Below, one piece after another: positions 63,900 through 64,000 of a DNA stretch of 64,000 nucleotides. The position numbers and the translations under genes are program-made. Under the pieces are notes generated by a model. It searched no databases, had not been told where the DNA came from, and saw only the letters and a program-made list of their open reading frames with translations. Source of the DNA: Balanoglossus misakiensis (Eukaryota > Animalia > Hemichordata); the NCBI GenBank assembly GCA_040954595.2, contig CM082577.2, positions 20,682,303-20,746,302 on the forward strand, given 5' to 3'. Position 1 is the stretch's first letter. Every line of letters begins with the position of its first letter.

Positions 63900-64000
63900 A
63901 AGCCTACAGCACGTAGTATTCCCAGGCGGTCTCCCATCCAAGTACTAACTACGCCCAACGCAGGTTTGCTTCGGTGATCAGACGAGAACCGGCTTTTTCT
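63900..64000 (-). rRNA. 5S rRNA gene, last copy, 5' end cut by the window edge (A24 allele)
   Basis: 101 nt matching 5S positions 20-120. Confidence 0.95.

Larger units (their letters stand above)
1..64000 (-). repeat. 5S rDNA tandem array, ~170 head-to-tail units of ~362-379 bp, extending beyond both window edges
   Basis: The same unit recurs throughout (gene low ends at 222, 598, ... 63900) and I saw no unique sequence or strand switch. Unit count is estimated as 64000/~370. Confidence 0.99.
26850..64000. repeat. Haplotype domain C (many 362-bp units, large higher-order repeats)
   Basis: Markers taattAttgtgg, aaaaGatatgg, ccattAaac and cttgcCac appear from ~26900 onward. Confidence 0.8.

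Noticed and set aside
42-63941. Roughly 180 short ORFs (MKPTARSIPRRSPIQV..., MDGRPPGNTT..., MWVTDRPS...)
   Set aside because: They are translations of the 5S gene or spacer on either strand. Frames open and close with homopolymer indels, many lack ATG starts, and none resembles a protein family.
1-64000. CRISPR-like repeat/spacer array
   Set aside because: The spacers are near-identical rather than unique, the repeat is a 120-bp rRNA gene, and there are no cas genes.
1-64000. 5S-targeting retrotransposon, 5S-derived SINE3 or Cassandra TRIM
   Set aside because: No inserted unique sequence, RT ORF, LTR/PBS/PPT, tail or target-site duplication. Genes are full length with their own terminators.
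1-64000. Pure satellite DNA derived from 5S
   Set aside because: Most copies keep an intact foldable 120-nt gene with TATA and terminator, and variation is concentrated in the spacer.

Overview
The whole 64 kb is one uninterrupted head-to-tail tandem array of eukaryotic (metazoan-type) 5S rRNA genes, all on the minus strand. There are roughly 170 units of about 362-379 bp, each a 120-bp 5S gene plus an AT-rich spacer of about 242-259 bp. The consensus gene folds into the canonical five-helix 5S structure, with an upstream TATA-like element at -25..-30 and an oligo-dT Pol III terminator just 3' of the gene. I see no credible protein-coding gene or mobile element; the ORF track is an artefact of the repeat. 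I did not find a convincing new biological system. The interest lies in the array's internal structure: three haplotype domains, nested higher-order repeats (about 0.75, 1.1, 2.6, 2.9 and 12.5 kb), a ~19-kb-distant sequence transfer, amplified pseudogene families (including a 44-bp promoter deletion alternating with intact genes), a structure-neutral double substitution, and a non-consensus Box A fixed across the array. All counts and coordinates were read by eye.
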